A stretch of DNA of 64,000 bases from Sphaerodactylus townsendi (lineage: Eukaryota). The notes under the pieces are model-generated. The model was not told where the DNA came from. It did no database searches and saw nothing but the letters and a program-made list of their open reading frames with translations. How positions within the stretch are numbered: the stretch's first letter is position 1; every line of letters begins with the position of its first letter. Positions 23,506 through 36,786 of this stretch are shown here, one piece after another. The DNA lies in assembly GCF_021028975.2 (NCBI RefSeq), contig NC_059427.1, positions 84,568,001 to 84,632,000 on the forward strand. Direction: 5' to 3'. A program made the position numbers and the translations under genes.

Positions 23506-26500
23506 TTAAACATAGACAGTCATAGCCAAATTATATCTCTCAGGATAATTTACAGTAGGATTTGATATAATTGGACTATTGCAGTGATTGATCACTTGGT
23601 ATACTGCTCTCCCATGATAATCCCTATTACTTTCTAGAAATCTGTTATACTTAACTATACAGAAAAGGATAGTGAATTGGTATTTACAGTTCAACTGTGA
23701 GCTGGCATTCGCTGAAACATTACAAAGTGCAATTTCCCCTCTTGTATATTCTGTTTCTGGTGGTTTATTTCAAATCTTTTAAATCTTAATTGCCTCATGC
23801 TCGAAGTTACCAAGGCACTTAAACTAATTAGAATGTAAAACATTTACAGATCCACTGTCAAGATATTACATATTGATCCTTTAAAGCAAGAACAAGAAAA
23901 AAAATCAGTGACCTGAAACTTATGACAGATGACAAGGCAAGCAACAATAATAACAGGACTGATGCATCGTAATAGAGCCTTGCCTTTTGGATTGGATTGT
24001 CCACTTGTAGTTTCTGTGATGCTGAACTATGGGTGTTTTATTATGTTAACAAATACACTGTAGTTGGAAGTCTCATCAGTGTTTCCTGTTAGGCAAAGTG
24101 CAAATGATTTCTTTTCTTGTGTGGCTTGAACACAGCTTCATTGTGTTAGGGCTCAAACAGATTGAAGTAATGACCAAAACAAATTCCAGCAGTTTTACTG
24201 TCTTGAAAACAGGATATGCTGACTACTTCCTTTTGACATTTTGAACAAAAGTAATGTAAGGGGGAAAAAAAAGAACTTTCAGGCTTTGCTACACATGAAT
24301 GTGGTAGACACACAGGTAGACACGCAAGACATAGATAAGTAGACACACAAGACATAAAGTTATCCACTTTACACCTGCCACTGGTTATGGTCAGGTGGTG
24401 TAAAGGAGCTCTGCTTCCAGTATTACTTTAAGTCTGTAATGTTAATTGGGAATAGTTCCCATTTAAATCAGTGGAATTTTCCCCAGTTTAAAACACTTTC
24501 CATGTGGATTACAACATATTATAACACCATTAAGCGACATTTAAAATGAATAACCTCAACAAACATACCTGAGCAATAAAAAATAATTACAGGAGTTAAC
24601 AACACGAAAGAAGGTGAGGGCAGAGAAATTAAATGTGACCATCTAAAAAAAGGTGAAGACCTTTCCTAAACCACTTGTAGAACTAAGTAATGATGAAGAT
24701 GACTTCCAAGAGAGGGTGTTCTGTATTGCCAGCCCTGAAAAGGCCTTGTCATATGTTCCAACTAGCTTTGTCTTGGTGGTGCAGGGGCATGTGGCAGTGT
24801 TTCACATATAAGGGGCTAAGCAGATATATCTGGTAAGTAATGTTCTTTCATTCTTCCCCCACACTATTTGGGGCTTTGAGGGTCAGCATGAACTCTTTGA
24901 GTTGGGAATATAAATAAATAGGCAGCCACTATAGATTAAATGGAATAATATTTTCCTTTTTGCAAACTCTGGCTAGTAATCTGGCCACAGTATTTTGTAT
25001 CACTTTCCACCACTCTTCCGAGGTGGTCTTTCTTGGAGTATATTAGTCCAACCTGGATCTTACCAGGGCCTGGATCTTACCAACCTGGATCTTACCAGGG
25101 CCTTTTCATATAATTGTTGCACATCTACCTGGTGGTGATTCAGTGGGAAAGACCTGTGGATCAATAGATCACACCATAGAGAGGAAAGATTTGCTGGCTC
25201 AGATTCATAGCCTGGGGGCACTTTTTCAAGAATGTGGGTGTTGCAGAATGATCTCTCTTCTTCTGTACTGTTGGTCAGAGAGCGATAAAAACTTGGCTGA
25301 GTGAGCTGACTTTCAGCTAGGGATTATTGCAGAATCATGGCAGCATGTTCCAGTCTATTGACAATGTGCTGGGAAATGCATACACTTTTATTGAAGGCAG
25401 TGGTTGCAGAATCACAGTCAGTAGTGTCACTTGTTGTGTATTGGTGGTCTTGATTAGGTATTTGTTTTGAAATTCTTCATGGGCCTTGGTCTGCTTTGCT
25501 GATGTTACTACCAGTTAGGAGGCTGTGAAGAATGGAGTCCCTGGTCTCTGGATTATTCCTGCGGGGGAGAGTCTATTAGAAGTAAACTTTTAAATTGTAT
25601 GCGTATGAAGTTTGAGATCAGGGGGTAACATCTAATAGCACTTTCACAAAGTCCATCTCTTAAAATCCAATGAATCAGTGGTTTGCAACCTTTTTTTGCT
25701 CCCTTGGTAACCCATTTCTCTAAAAGTGTACCTCCATATTAGCAAACTCATTACATAATTTTTTCATGTAACCCCCCTCCCCACCAATGCTCTGGTGTGC
25801 ACCCATGGATGTATACATACCCTAGATTGGGAATGACTACAGTGAATTATAAACACGAAATTTGTGAAAACTGTAAATTATAAAAAGTGCTAGAAGGGAG
25901 AGAGTGAACAAACCCTTACCAGATTTAAAGCTTGGAGTCTTCAACATTTTGAGGGTTTCTGATATCCTAGGTAGTTTTAATGGGCTTATGAGTATAGGCT
26001 GGAATCCTAAACGTGCTTATGAAGGAGATGTAGTTTTGAGTAAACATGCCAGGTTTTTCCTGTTCTAGTTTGTGGGAAATAAATGGAACTGGAACATGTT
26101 TAAATTAGAAGAAAAGGTGGGATGAACTGAAGTGATACATTCATTTCCTTTCAGGTAGTAACTAGGAGATGGAAAGAAGCTTTAGAAACTCCAGTACTTT
26201 ATGCATCCTCATTTTGCAGCAGAGCTGAGCAAAGTCGCCTGAAGGCAGGATTCCTAACAGAAGTTGTTTCTTCTGCAGTGCCATTAACATAACATAAATA
26301 ATATAATAATATTTAGCATTTATTTAGCTTTGCAATTCAGAACACTTCAGATATATTCTCTTATTATAAGGCTTGCAGAAGTTCTGAAAGGTAGGCTATT
26401 ATTATTGTTATTTCCATCCTCTTCCTCTAATTGTGCACTGTGTGGTAGGGACAGGGGGACTGAGATGAGGAAAAGGTGGCTTGTCTAAGTAAGTTCATGG

Positions 26501-27331
26501 TAGAGATTCAAATTAAGGATTTCCTGTTTCATCTCTTGGCTCTTTGGTGGCACTTGAAGAGCAAAAAAAAAAGGCTTGTAAATTTCTCAGGGCAGGGACA
26601 GTCTTTCAAGTGGAAGTGACAAAGAGAGAGGAACGAAGATTTACAAGGCCTAGATCACTTGAATTAAAAAATGTTTCTGGTTTCCAAAGTGTAGAAGCTG
26701 CTGTGCTGTAGTGTGTATTAGACAATGGCACCTGTGGCAGGACAATATTATGTTCATAGCAGCCTTGATCCTTAGTAGAAGGTGACACATTTCTTCAAGG
26801 CAAATAGCTTGCTTTGCCCCATCCTGTATCAGACAGTTAGATGTGGATAGGCAGTCTGGTAAACATGACTGCTTTATGCTGCTTGATGTTAATCAGGAAG
26901 AGACTTCATTGCTTTTAAAGGGAAGATTTGTGACTATAGAACTTCACCGAGTTCAAATTGTACATGTGATTTAATTGAAAGCTTGCATGGAAAGCACCTC
27001 TGCCTGACATCTTTTAGTTTTATCCATTGCAAGGAGTGGGTAAATTAATGGGGTTAAGATACATTAAGCCAGATTTAACTAGAGAGGGGGCAGGAGCCAA
27101 GATTTGTACGTTAATTATATCTGCTGACCAGAAAGAAAACCAAAATGAAAGTTTATTCATAGTATGTCCTTACCTAGAAATCAGTTGCTAGAGTTACTCT
27201 CATCTTCATTCTTCTAATGTGGTATAAACCACAGAGGATTTTTTGCATGTCAGAATGAAACAATTCTTCTCACCTAGATGATACAACAATAAAAGCTTCA
27301 TTCTTTTTGTTGGGGATCTTAGTGGCTGCTA

Positions 27332-27613
27332 GAATAATAATAATTTGTATTTATAGCTCACTTTTCTCTCCTAAAGGAGTCACAAAGTGGCTTACAAATT
27401 CCTTCCCTTCTTCTTCCTGCAACAGATACCTTGTGAGGTAGATGAGGCTGAGTGAGGTCTGAACAAACTGTGTCTAGCCCAAGGCCACCCAGCTTCATGT
27501 GTAAAAGCAGGGGAAACACATTCAGTTCTCTAGATTAGAGTCTGCCACTCATGTGGAGGAGTGGGGAATCAAACCTGTCTCTCGAGGTTAGAGTTTGCCA
27601 CTCTTAACCACCA
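27332..27613 (-). mobile_element. Squam3-like SINE
   Basis: Reverse complement of the head (GTGGGGAATCAAACCTG...CTCTTAACCACCATGC) and body shared with 18009-18322, with an (AAT)n tail on the left. Confidence 0.8.
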
Positions 27614-28424
27614 TGCTAGCTAGTGTTAGTTTACCTAAAGCATGTTGACTTGACTGTTTTTACTCATTATTATGTTAGAGGCATCATAACAACAGGTAAG
27701 TGAGATTGTCAAGATACTAGAAACACAGCTTTTCTAGGGAGTTAAAGGGAAATTGTTGATTTTAATAGCAAAAGAAGGGAAATCAAATCAGCTAAAATAA
27801 TTTCTGAAATAATTTTAATAGTGTTTCTAATTTGAGAATTCTGTCCTTTGCAGTGGTTGAATAATTGATTAGAATATTGATTAGCTATTGATTAGAAGTT
27901 CTGAAGGAAAAGATTGGTCCTGCAAATGAGTCCTGAGCCCATGAAAGGAAGGGCAGCGTACAAATAAAATAAATAAGTAAAAGCTGATTGACCGCACGCA
28001 CATGTGCACTCACACACTGAATATATTGCCATCCCAGTTATTTTGCCCTTTCTGGTAATATTATGGAGCTATAAATATAATTGATAATGACATGCCCATT
28101 CTTGGTTGGTACTACTTTGGGTATGATAGCATTTTCCAAAATGGCTACTCAGGTGATGGATTTTGAATAAATAGTTGTGAACATTGCCAACAGCGGAAAC
28201 AAGAAATAAAATGAGTAGCCTTAATGTGGCTGCAGCAGTCACATCTGTAATGAGGTGCATGTGTGTATTGTTGTAGTGCATTTACACAACATAACATAAA
28301 TTCCTTGCTAATTCTGACCTATGTGGGGATGCAGATTTGTGCACTGGCAGTTGATTCTTTTAGCAGAAACAGTTTCCAGAGCTGTTTTAAATGCATCTAG
28401 GGTGAATCAATTCATGAAAACAGA

Positions 28425-28880
28425 CCTGAACCCATGGAAGAGTAACAGAGGCATATCGGGGCCGCCTGCTGCTGAGCCCCCCACCCTCTGTGCAGGCTGA
28501 GACCCTCCATCCTCTGTGCAGGCTGGCAGGGCCTGGGGACGGCAAAAGTCGGCCTGCATGGAGGCCGGGGGGGCAGGGCTCAGGGGGCGAGTCTGCCCAC
28601 TGCTGAGCTCGCCCCGGCCTTCGGGTAGGCCAAGTCCCCACGTCCTCCATGCAGGCTGGCAGGACCTGGTGAGGGCAAAAGCCACCCTGCATGGAGGCCA
28701 GGGGCGGGGCTCAGCGGCAGCAGGCGGCCCAGTCGGGTGCCGCAGCCACACTCTGCTAAGCCTCGTCCCCCACCTCCATGCAGGCTGGCTTCTGAGTTGG
28801 CCTGCGCGGGGCTCTTTTGGTCATGTGTGGTCGGTCGCCTGGTGGTTGTCTCCCATGCAAGCAGTCTTGTGGCTGGCACA
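28425..28880. repeat. GC-rich unclassified repeat with CCTCCATGCAGGCTGGC / CCTGCATGGAGG subrepeats in both orientations
   Basis: At least six copies of the motif (near 28488, 28514, 28553, 28644, 28686, 28773) in otherwise AT-rich intron. It accounts for the ORF cluster 28387-29067. Confidence 0.65.
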
Positions 28881-31800
28881 TAGGAGAGTGCCCTTGCAAG
28901 GTGTTTGTCATTGGTGGAGTGTATTCAGTTGCTTTATCTTTCGAAAGCCATACTTCCTCATCTCTTTTTGCTGCCAAGCAATCACTATTGCAGCCATTTT
29001 GCTGTTGTCTAGCCACTGCTTAAGTTCCTTTCTAATTGATAGTAAAAGTAAGTTAATATGTCTTTGAAATTTTGGAAAGCCCGTTCTATATCGCACAGTG
29101 TTATTTTCTGTTTTCTCCCCAAAATGACCCAGTTCTGCAATTAGTACATTCAGGAAAGCATAGTGAGGCCTTAATCTTCTCCTTGCTAAGTTTCATGGCT
29201 ACATCATGAACAGTTGTGTATCTAAAGTAATACTGAGCTGAATATTCTTGAGGTTTGATTTTTGTAACAGTAGTAGTTACTTTCCCCCCACCCCCAATAT
29301 GCTGGCTTTTCCATTACTTTTTGGAGTATTTCCACCACCACCCCTTTTTTCTACTGCTGGTTTGACAATCATTTTTCTCTTCAAAATAATTCAAGGATTG
29401 CATATTGGACATGAGATGATGCAAGTCAGGTTTATCTATATGTTGAAGTTGCTAAAGATGGATTTAGTACTTCCTGTTAATAATTCTAAATTGCTTTCCA
29501 GACATTTCAGAATGACCGCTGGAATTACTGAGGATTCAGTTCTGATAAACATTTTCATGAAATTGTTCCTTCTTCGGTCCCAAGTCAATATTAATTTGAA
29601 CTTCTTCCCAGTAACAAAGCCCAGGCACAGGTATTCTGGTAGTTCTGATCAGGGTTCTCAAGTGGTAGCCTGTAGAAGCCACATTTGATGCTTGTGGGTC
29701 TGTGTCTCTCTTCATGTTTGTGTAGAGCAACTTTCCTCATGTCAAAATGACTGACACTGGAAATAACTAGCTTTTCACATGCAGTGCAAGAGGTAATTGC
29801 AGCTATGATTTTTCCAAAGTCTAACAGTTCACTCTGATACTTTCACTCTTAAACGATGGGGCCAGTGAGCAGGCAGTTATATTGGCAGAATCACTTTAAA
29901 TGTTACACCTTTGCCTTACTTCGATCGTACTCTTCAGACTGTCGTTGTGATAACCTGCCTCAAACAACATCAGTTCATTGGACTGCTGCATCCTGTTTCA
30001 CTGTACTGGGCAAGAAATCTACTTAGTATATTTGCTGAAGAGTTTGAACACTAACAGTGTATAGTCACTAAGGTGGAAGACAGTAACTATTGAACAGATG
30101 TCAGGTGAAGTGGTTCTTGTTTCCATAAAATCTGATGGTTCTTCACTATTTAGCCTCTCTCTTGAGTCAGGATGAGGTCAAGACTTCTTCAAACAGGAAA
30201 GCCATCTCTGGCTGCCATCAGTTTCTGCACTTGAACAACTCAGGTGTGATACAAGTTGGGAGCTGAGCAGCCATAATATGCTCTGGGTTATGGGTAGCGG
30301 TACAAAACTCACGGGTTTGTAGAAAGTAGAATAGGCAGTTATCACTCTGGAAAAAAAGGCTTATCCCCTCTTCATGATGGGCAAGCAGTGAGAACTCCTG
30401 AGAGCTGATCCAGATCGTTTTTAATGGCAACACTGTTCTTTCTGTTTGTAAGCAGCATCTTTTTTCTGTTCCCACCCCCCCCTCCACAGAACAAAAGCAA
30501 AACCCTTGAGAAACTTCCTGGAAATGAACTGTGTTTTCTTTTGACTGTCAAGAAATCTTTTTGCCAAACTTCCTGGACTGCACTTGTCCAGCATTATACC
30601 TGCTTTTGATTATCATAATATTTTATTGTATTATAACATCTCCAAGAGTACAGTAATAGATTCTTCAGAGTTTTGTAGGTGTAGGTTACCTCAGCTTAAC
30701 AAATCCAATACCGTTTTCAGAAGTGTGGAAATTCCATTGTGTGTCTGTGCTCTGGAGCAGAATTGAATTACTGTGTTAACCTGAAAGATTGACAGTCCTG
30801 AATGTAACATGATCCTCATAAAACTTATAGACAATTTTTTTTAAAGTTTAAACTTATAGACAAACTTATAGACAAAAGTTTTTATGTGAATTTAAGACAC
30901 TTTCATTTGGTCTGAGGTAAGTGTGTTCCCGTCCTTTATCAACTAAGTTTTTACTTCCTTCAAACCTTTATTGGGACCCAAGAGAGAAGGTAAACTGTTG
31001 TTAAGACATCCAGTGAGGCTAATGGGGCACAGTGTGTTGTGTACAATGTAAGGAAGTAACAAGAGTGACAGAACCATATATGTGGGTTTGCAGAAAAAAT
31101 GAGTGTATGTGTATGGGGAACATGGGCTTGTTCTACAATAATTATGTCATTGCTGCAGGGTGACCATTCTTTAGTTAACGGCCAATTGTCAACTGATATT
31201 TCCTTTAATGGGCACTAATTGTTGTGAGGAGATATCCCAATAACTGTTGGACCCTGAGGGAATGTATGTATGTATGAAGAAGCGGCAGAATTTCAAGGGC
31301 AGGAAGAGAAAAATAGACAGTTGTGTGTTGGCTGAAGGGTGAAATCCATGGGGAGTGCAGGATCTCTCTGAGGATCCAGTGTGGGGTAATGAATTTGCAG
31401 CTGTTGAGGAGTGCCTTTTTGCCCCTGTGAATGCGTTGCCTTTACATTTGTAAATATAGCAAATATTGCAGAAACACAATAAGGCTCCAGTACTGTCTCA
31501 GTTGAAAGGGATCATCTTGGGAGTACTGTCCCGAAACTTCTCACTGGTTGGTAAAATAGAGAGCATACAGCTAGCAAGTCATCCCCTTGAGAAAAAAAAC
31601 TTCACGTTCAAAGCATACTGTATTTCTGAACCAAACATTACAATAATTTCCAAATTGTGTGCCAAAGCACCATAGTGTGAGAGAGAAACAACTAATTAAA
31701 TGTACCCACCCACAGAGAATGCTGATGGCTACATCTCTGCATGATGTACTGTTCTGGTCTTGCCTTTTTCCAGCCTGTCTCTCTGACTGATGCTGTTGCA

Positions 31801-34558
31801 TCTTTGCATCAGCCAAGGTTGGAAATTAGCTTGGCTGTTGCTTAGGCTTTCTGGTGTTGGAGGTGGCAGTCTTTTTGAAACAGGAAGGCTTGTGTTTAGC
31901 AGTGTACAAATGGCACCCAGCATGTTGGTTTTCAAATTGCAACTTTTGGGTATACCAACAGGGATCAAGAAGAAATGTTTTGTGCATTGGCTTTAATGAA
32001 ACCCTTGCAAGGCAAGGTATATTTGTGCAGGTTCTGTGAATAATTAGGTTGGCAGCAGAAGGAAAAAGTGCACAGTAAGAAATAAATGGTGCTTGATGGT
32101 TTCAAAGCATTAAAAATACAGAATGCAAGCTGATTTTCTTTCCCTCTGAAAACCAGGTGCCCTTCCTTTTGTGCCAGTCTTCCATCACACTATAGAGCTG
32201 GGGCATCAAATGAGTTGCAGGGCCAAATTCATTCAGCAGATGCCTGTGATTTTTCATCAAAAAGATGATGGACAATAGCATAAACCAAGGTTGGTTTCTA
32301 AAAATGTCACTTGCTGCCCATCTCTGGTGTGTCATTCTTCCTCTTTTCTTTTAACTGCTGGCTTCTACCCCCACAAAATCCTAAATACCAGCTCCAATTT
32401 CCAAACTCTTTCCAAAATCCTCTCGCATACCAAAAAACTCCACAAGACTATTCACTTTCATTGCCTGAGTCTTGTTTAGCACTGACCAAAGACTACCTTT
32501 TCCAGTTTGGTAGAAGTATTTTCAAATGGTAATCACTGTACTTTCCAGGTTCTATGTTACTGATTTAAATGAAGGGGAGGAAGTTTCTTTTGAAACATTC
32601 TGTGGGAACCAATGGATGGTGAAGACCCCTTTCTGTGTAGTAGAAAAGGTTCTGAAGATTGCTTGATAATCTGTTTAGAGTGGTAAGCTACCCTGGTGCC
32701 AACCATATTTTGCCATACCTCTTCTCATGCCCTCCAGGCTCCAATATGTGGAGCCCGATGGTGACATGTATGGGGATCATACCTTCTTTCAGGCTGCCTG
32801 TGTTATCCCCAAGATGGGCTGCAGAGGTACTCAGTCCAATGCTGGCACAAGTAATGGTTGGATATGCCTCCTCCTTTGCTGCTTTTACTGACTCTCAAGG
32901 AGGATGCAGCATCTCTATAGCCTGTGTTCTTCCCAGACAAGAGTGGTGCAGGTCTGGTAAAAAGTGCCAGCCAGCGCTTGTCACAACATTTGCCACCTCC
33001 CAGTCTGTTTGTGCGCCCCCTTCTTGTTTGGTGACCCAGGCATCTGCTTGGATATTGAATTGGTTCTGATAGCCATTAGGTATACCGGTGATCTCAAAGG
33101 GTCTTGAGCTGCAGGCCCTTATGTTTAACAACATGCTTAAGAGTGAGCATAGAAGAGAACTGTGCAATTGGAGAACAACAGGATTGATGTTGGAAAATGG
33201 CATACAGCTTTAGCTTGAAAGCATCTCTTTACTTTTTCTTATGTAACTGAATGAGTGCCATTAATTCATATGGGAAAATTAAAAGCTTGCATTCGATGGA
33301 GGGAGCAAAAGAGTTGAGGTGCTGCAGCTAAATATATGCAAGTTTGAAAAACAACTGGGAAGTTTTGGGACAAATGTTTTTTTCCTAAATACTTAGAATT
33401 ATTTTTCCAATAAAAATTTCAGGGATTGCTAAGGGAAGAAAAACACTCCTATGAAATATTTCTCTTTTGAAATGGGTCCAATTATTTTATATCAGGAAAT
33501 CTGCAGAATTAGATAATGATAATTCTGACTGATAATTCCAGCAAGCCTATTTAAACCTATTCAAGAGTATATTGTTTTAACATGCTAAATTTTGTCTTCT
33601 AGGAATACACACTGTAATGTACATGATGATATACTGATGACTGGTTCAGTGTGTTTACTATTATGATGATTACTTGATGTCTAACTTTGTGAGAGTGTTT
33701 CTTTACAAATAGCTCATTTTTAACTTTAGATTTTGTGCTTTCTGTTTTAAACCTCCCCCCATGTATATTTTTTAAGGATTTCAGATATTTCTACAAACCT
33801 GGGGCATTTTATAGGTCTGTTGAAAGATCTGTCTGTTTGTTTATGGCTCCAGTCTTTAGATTTAAGTGTCTACAGATGGGGCCGCATTGATGAAAAACTT
33901 ACCAATCAATATATTTAATTCTCAGTGTGGCATTTTGTGTAACAGTGACTTACCAACAGTGATCGTGGAGGCACTTGCCTCCATCTGCAGCTTTGCCACA
34001 ACAGAGATATGCTGCCAGTTGAAGGCCAGTGGAAATGTAAAATCCCCTGCTTAGTGCCCTATGGCTACTTCACCCGCTGGCCACAGATTCCTGATTCAAT
34101 GATCTTGCCAAGAAAGGCAAGGTGACCCATTTAACTGTGACAAGGGTCAAACAAGAATGAATCCACATGGGTATATCCTTTGTTGATTGGCATCTTATTT
34201 AAATGAGGCCTCTCTCTTTAGGAAATGGTTCTGTTAGGCTTCTTCTTTGAGGAAATGTTTACATATGACTGAGTTGGTGCTTCAGCTCAATGTATTTTTT
34301 GTTTAGTGAGGTAACTGGTTTGGCAAGATTTTATGTTTGTTTCTGGGCTGTGTAGAGGAATGGTATTGCCTTTAGACAATCTTTTGGATTAAGAAAATAT
34401 TTTCAATCAAAGTGACTTCATGCATTTTGAATTAAACACGGTGTACGTTCCAACCAAAGTCCAATTCACACAGCCCTGAAATATTGGGTAAGGTTTGTCA
34501 TTGCTTCCAACCCAAAAGGTATTGTTTGTGTACAAACCAGGGTTCCAAACCATTCAGT

Positions 34559-35066
34559 GAGGCTTTCCCCACTACAGAAGGGAGCTAAGGTTGACTTGGT
34601 TCCCTTCAGTGGAGCGCGATTCCAGGCTGTCCTCACAGCAACTGAGTTGGCCCCCTGGAACCGAGCTAAGTGGGCGGGATCATCTTGGTGCCTGTTTCGC
34701 TCCTCAATTGTGATTGGCGCTTGTGTTATGGTGGGAAACGGGAGCGTTCTTTTTTTTTTAACAGTTTTTACAGTTTACAGTTACATGCGCTTTCTGCCCG
34801 CCACGACTCTCCTGTTCTGCGCATGCTACAAAAGCGGCTCGTGACTGGTTGAATGGATGAGGTGTCGTTTCGATGCTTCCCCACTTCGAAGCAGTATCGA
34901 CCTTGTTCCGGCAGAAAAGTGCAGTTCATAACTGCGACAAGGATGTCGCAGTTCTGGGGGGGGGGGGGGAACTGAGGCAAAACAATGTTGAGCTCGGTGG
35001 CAGTGGGGATTCACTGAGATGAACCTAGGTAGAAACCAGTTCAACTCTGTCAGTGGGGAAAGCCCC
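34559..35066. mobile_element. PIF/Harbinger-like MITE
   Basis: TIR GAGGCTTTCCCCACT / AGTGGGGAAAGCCCC (14 of 15 match), 3-bp flanking duplication AGT, CpG retained inside. Confidence 0.75.
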
Positions 35067-35764
35067 AGTGTTAATCCTGATGTATAGGGATGAAATAAAG
35101 CATGGTTAATGATTTAGAAATCACAACCAGCTATAGCTTCTTTTGTCTGAGCCATGTGTTGGGGGTGGGTGGGGAGGAGCGGAGAGGAGGGTTGGGCAGT
35201 CAGGACACCGAAGGCACTTGTAATAAAAACTGTGGTCCTTGCTTTCTTGTAATGCAAATTTGTTCTCTGGCCTGTTTGCAAGGAGGCTCTGAATTAACAA
35301 AACAATGCATTTTGGCTGCTGCAAATGGATTAGTGGTAAATCCAATGTGGTTATGCTCTTGCATTTTAAATCTAAGATAATATAATTTTATCTTAATTTT
35401 TTGGAAGTGGTTAGAACTATATCTGTGGGTCTAATGTAGATTTTACAAATCTGTGTCTGGTGTTTGCAAATACTGATCTTGGCAAAGAACTTACTCAAGT
35501 ATTCCTAGCACATATTTCACATAGTTTCATAGAAGGCATGTACTTCAGCATAGTTGAAATCTTAAAAGTGTATTCCAGTTACAGTTTACAAATGTGGTAT
35601 GAACAGCTGCTTGTGCCAAATAAAACTCTGAACATTTGAGATGGATGGCATGATTGAGATTGTGGTTTTGTACTGTTCTGTCATATTTTGTCAGTCTGTT
35701 TCTAGATCTTGAGAGAATAAAATAAAATTGATAAATGTTTATTGCTTTTCCTTCTTGTCTCTAG

Positions 35765-35875
35765 CATCAAGAGGTCCCCTGAACCACCTGAAGCAGCTGG
35801 AGATAAGGACCGAACAGTGACCATCAATCCTTGTCACATGGGAAAGGCGTTCAAAGTCATGAATGAATTAAGGAG
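35765..35875 (+). CDS. KLHL3: KLHL3 coding exon 2
   Basis: Pyrimidine tract + TAG acceptor. Encodes (S)IKRSPEPPEAAGDKDRTVTINPCHMGKAFKVMNELR(S). Donor AG|GTAC. Confidence 0.95.
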
Positions 35876-36601
35876 GTACTTCTTTTGGATTATGTTTGCA
35901 TCCTCTTACACACATCACACACTTGTTACTTGGAGCTGGCTGGCATTCAAGTTTGAGTTTTACTTTAAAAATAGCAACAAAAGGCCTGTTAAAGCATTGT
36001 TCCAGTAGCATTTAAAGTTTCATATCACATGGGTATTTGTTTTCCATATCTGTAGTGCCTCTTCATTAGGGTGGCTGAAGTTGGTGTGGAAAGGACTTTT
36101 TGTGGTTCAGATGACTCCCCTGCTGCAGAACTTCACTGTTATGACATTGAGGTCACCATAGGGGAATGGCAAGCAACTTACAAAGAAAATACTTGAACTG
36201 AGCCAGAGTTCTGCTCCCAGTACTTCTAGTTCCTGATGGCATTTGGGTCAGGTTATGTGGAGTATTTTTGCTGAGTCCCTTTGCATTGTGTTAGGTCCCA
36301 CCCCCTCCCCATGTTAAGCTTATTAGAGATTTTTGACCTCGCCTTTGTTCTGTCTGGTTTTTACCATTTGTCTTCTGCGAGTATTCACATTCATTTTGTG
36401 CGCTGTGTTTTATGTTTAAGTTTTTATTGTGAGCCATCTGGACTTTCTGTTTAAGTGGCATATATTTTATTTTATTTAGTTTGTTCATTTATATCTCACC
36501 CCTTTCCTCAGTTGGGACCAAAACAGCTTACTCTCTCTCCTCAATTTTATCCTGATGACAACCCTAAGGAAGGTTAGGCTGAGGGGTTTGTGATTGGCTC
36601 A

Positions 36602-36786
36602 CAGCGGTTCTCAACTTGTGGGTAGGGACCCCTATGGGGGTCGAATGACCCTTTCACCGGGGTCGTCTAAGACTCTCTGCATCAGTGTTCTCCATCTGTA
36701 AAATGGATAAATGTTAAGGTTGGGGGTCACCACAACATGAGGAACTGCATTAAAGGGTCGCAGCATTAGGAAGGTTGAGAACCACT
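36602..36786 (+). mobile_element. SPIN/URR1-like hAT MITE inserted in an older SINE
   Basis: CAGCGGTTCTCAACTTGTGGGT...GGGGGTCGAATGACCCTTTCAC and GGTTGGGGGTCACCACAACATGAGGAACTGCATTAAAGGGTCGCAGCATTAGGAAGGTTGAGAACCACT match the recalled SPIN/URR1 ends. The terminal G and right TSD appear deleted. Confidence 0.85.

Noticed and set aside
28387-29096. Cluster of overlapping ORFs up to 183 aa
   Set aside because: They arise from a GC-rich repeat and show no protein-family signal.
27690-30925. Consensus donor sites (CAG|GTAAGT near 27696, GAG|GTAAGT near 30917) as alternative exons in intron 1
   Set aside because: Isolated donors are common by chance, and no supporting promoter or coding signal was seen.
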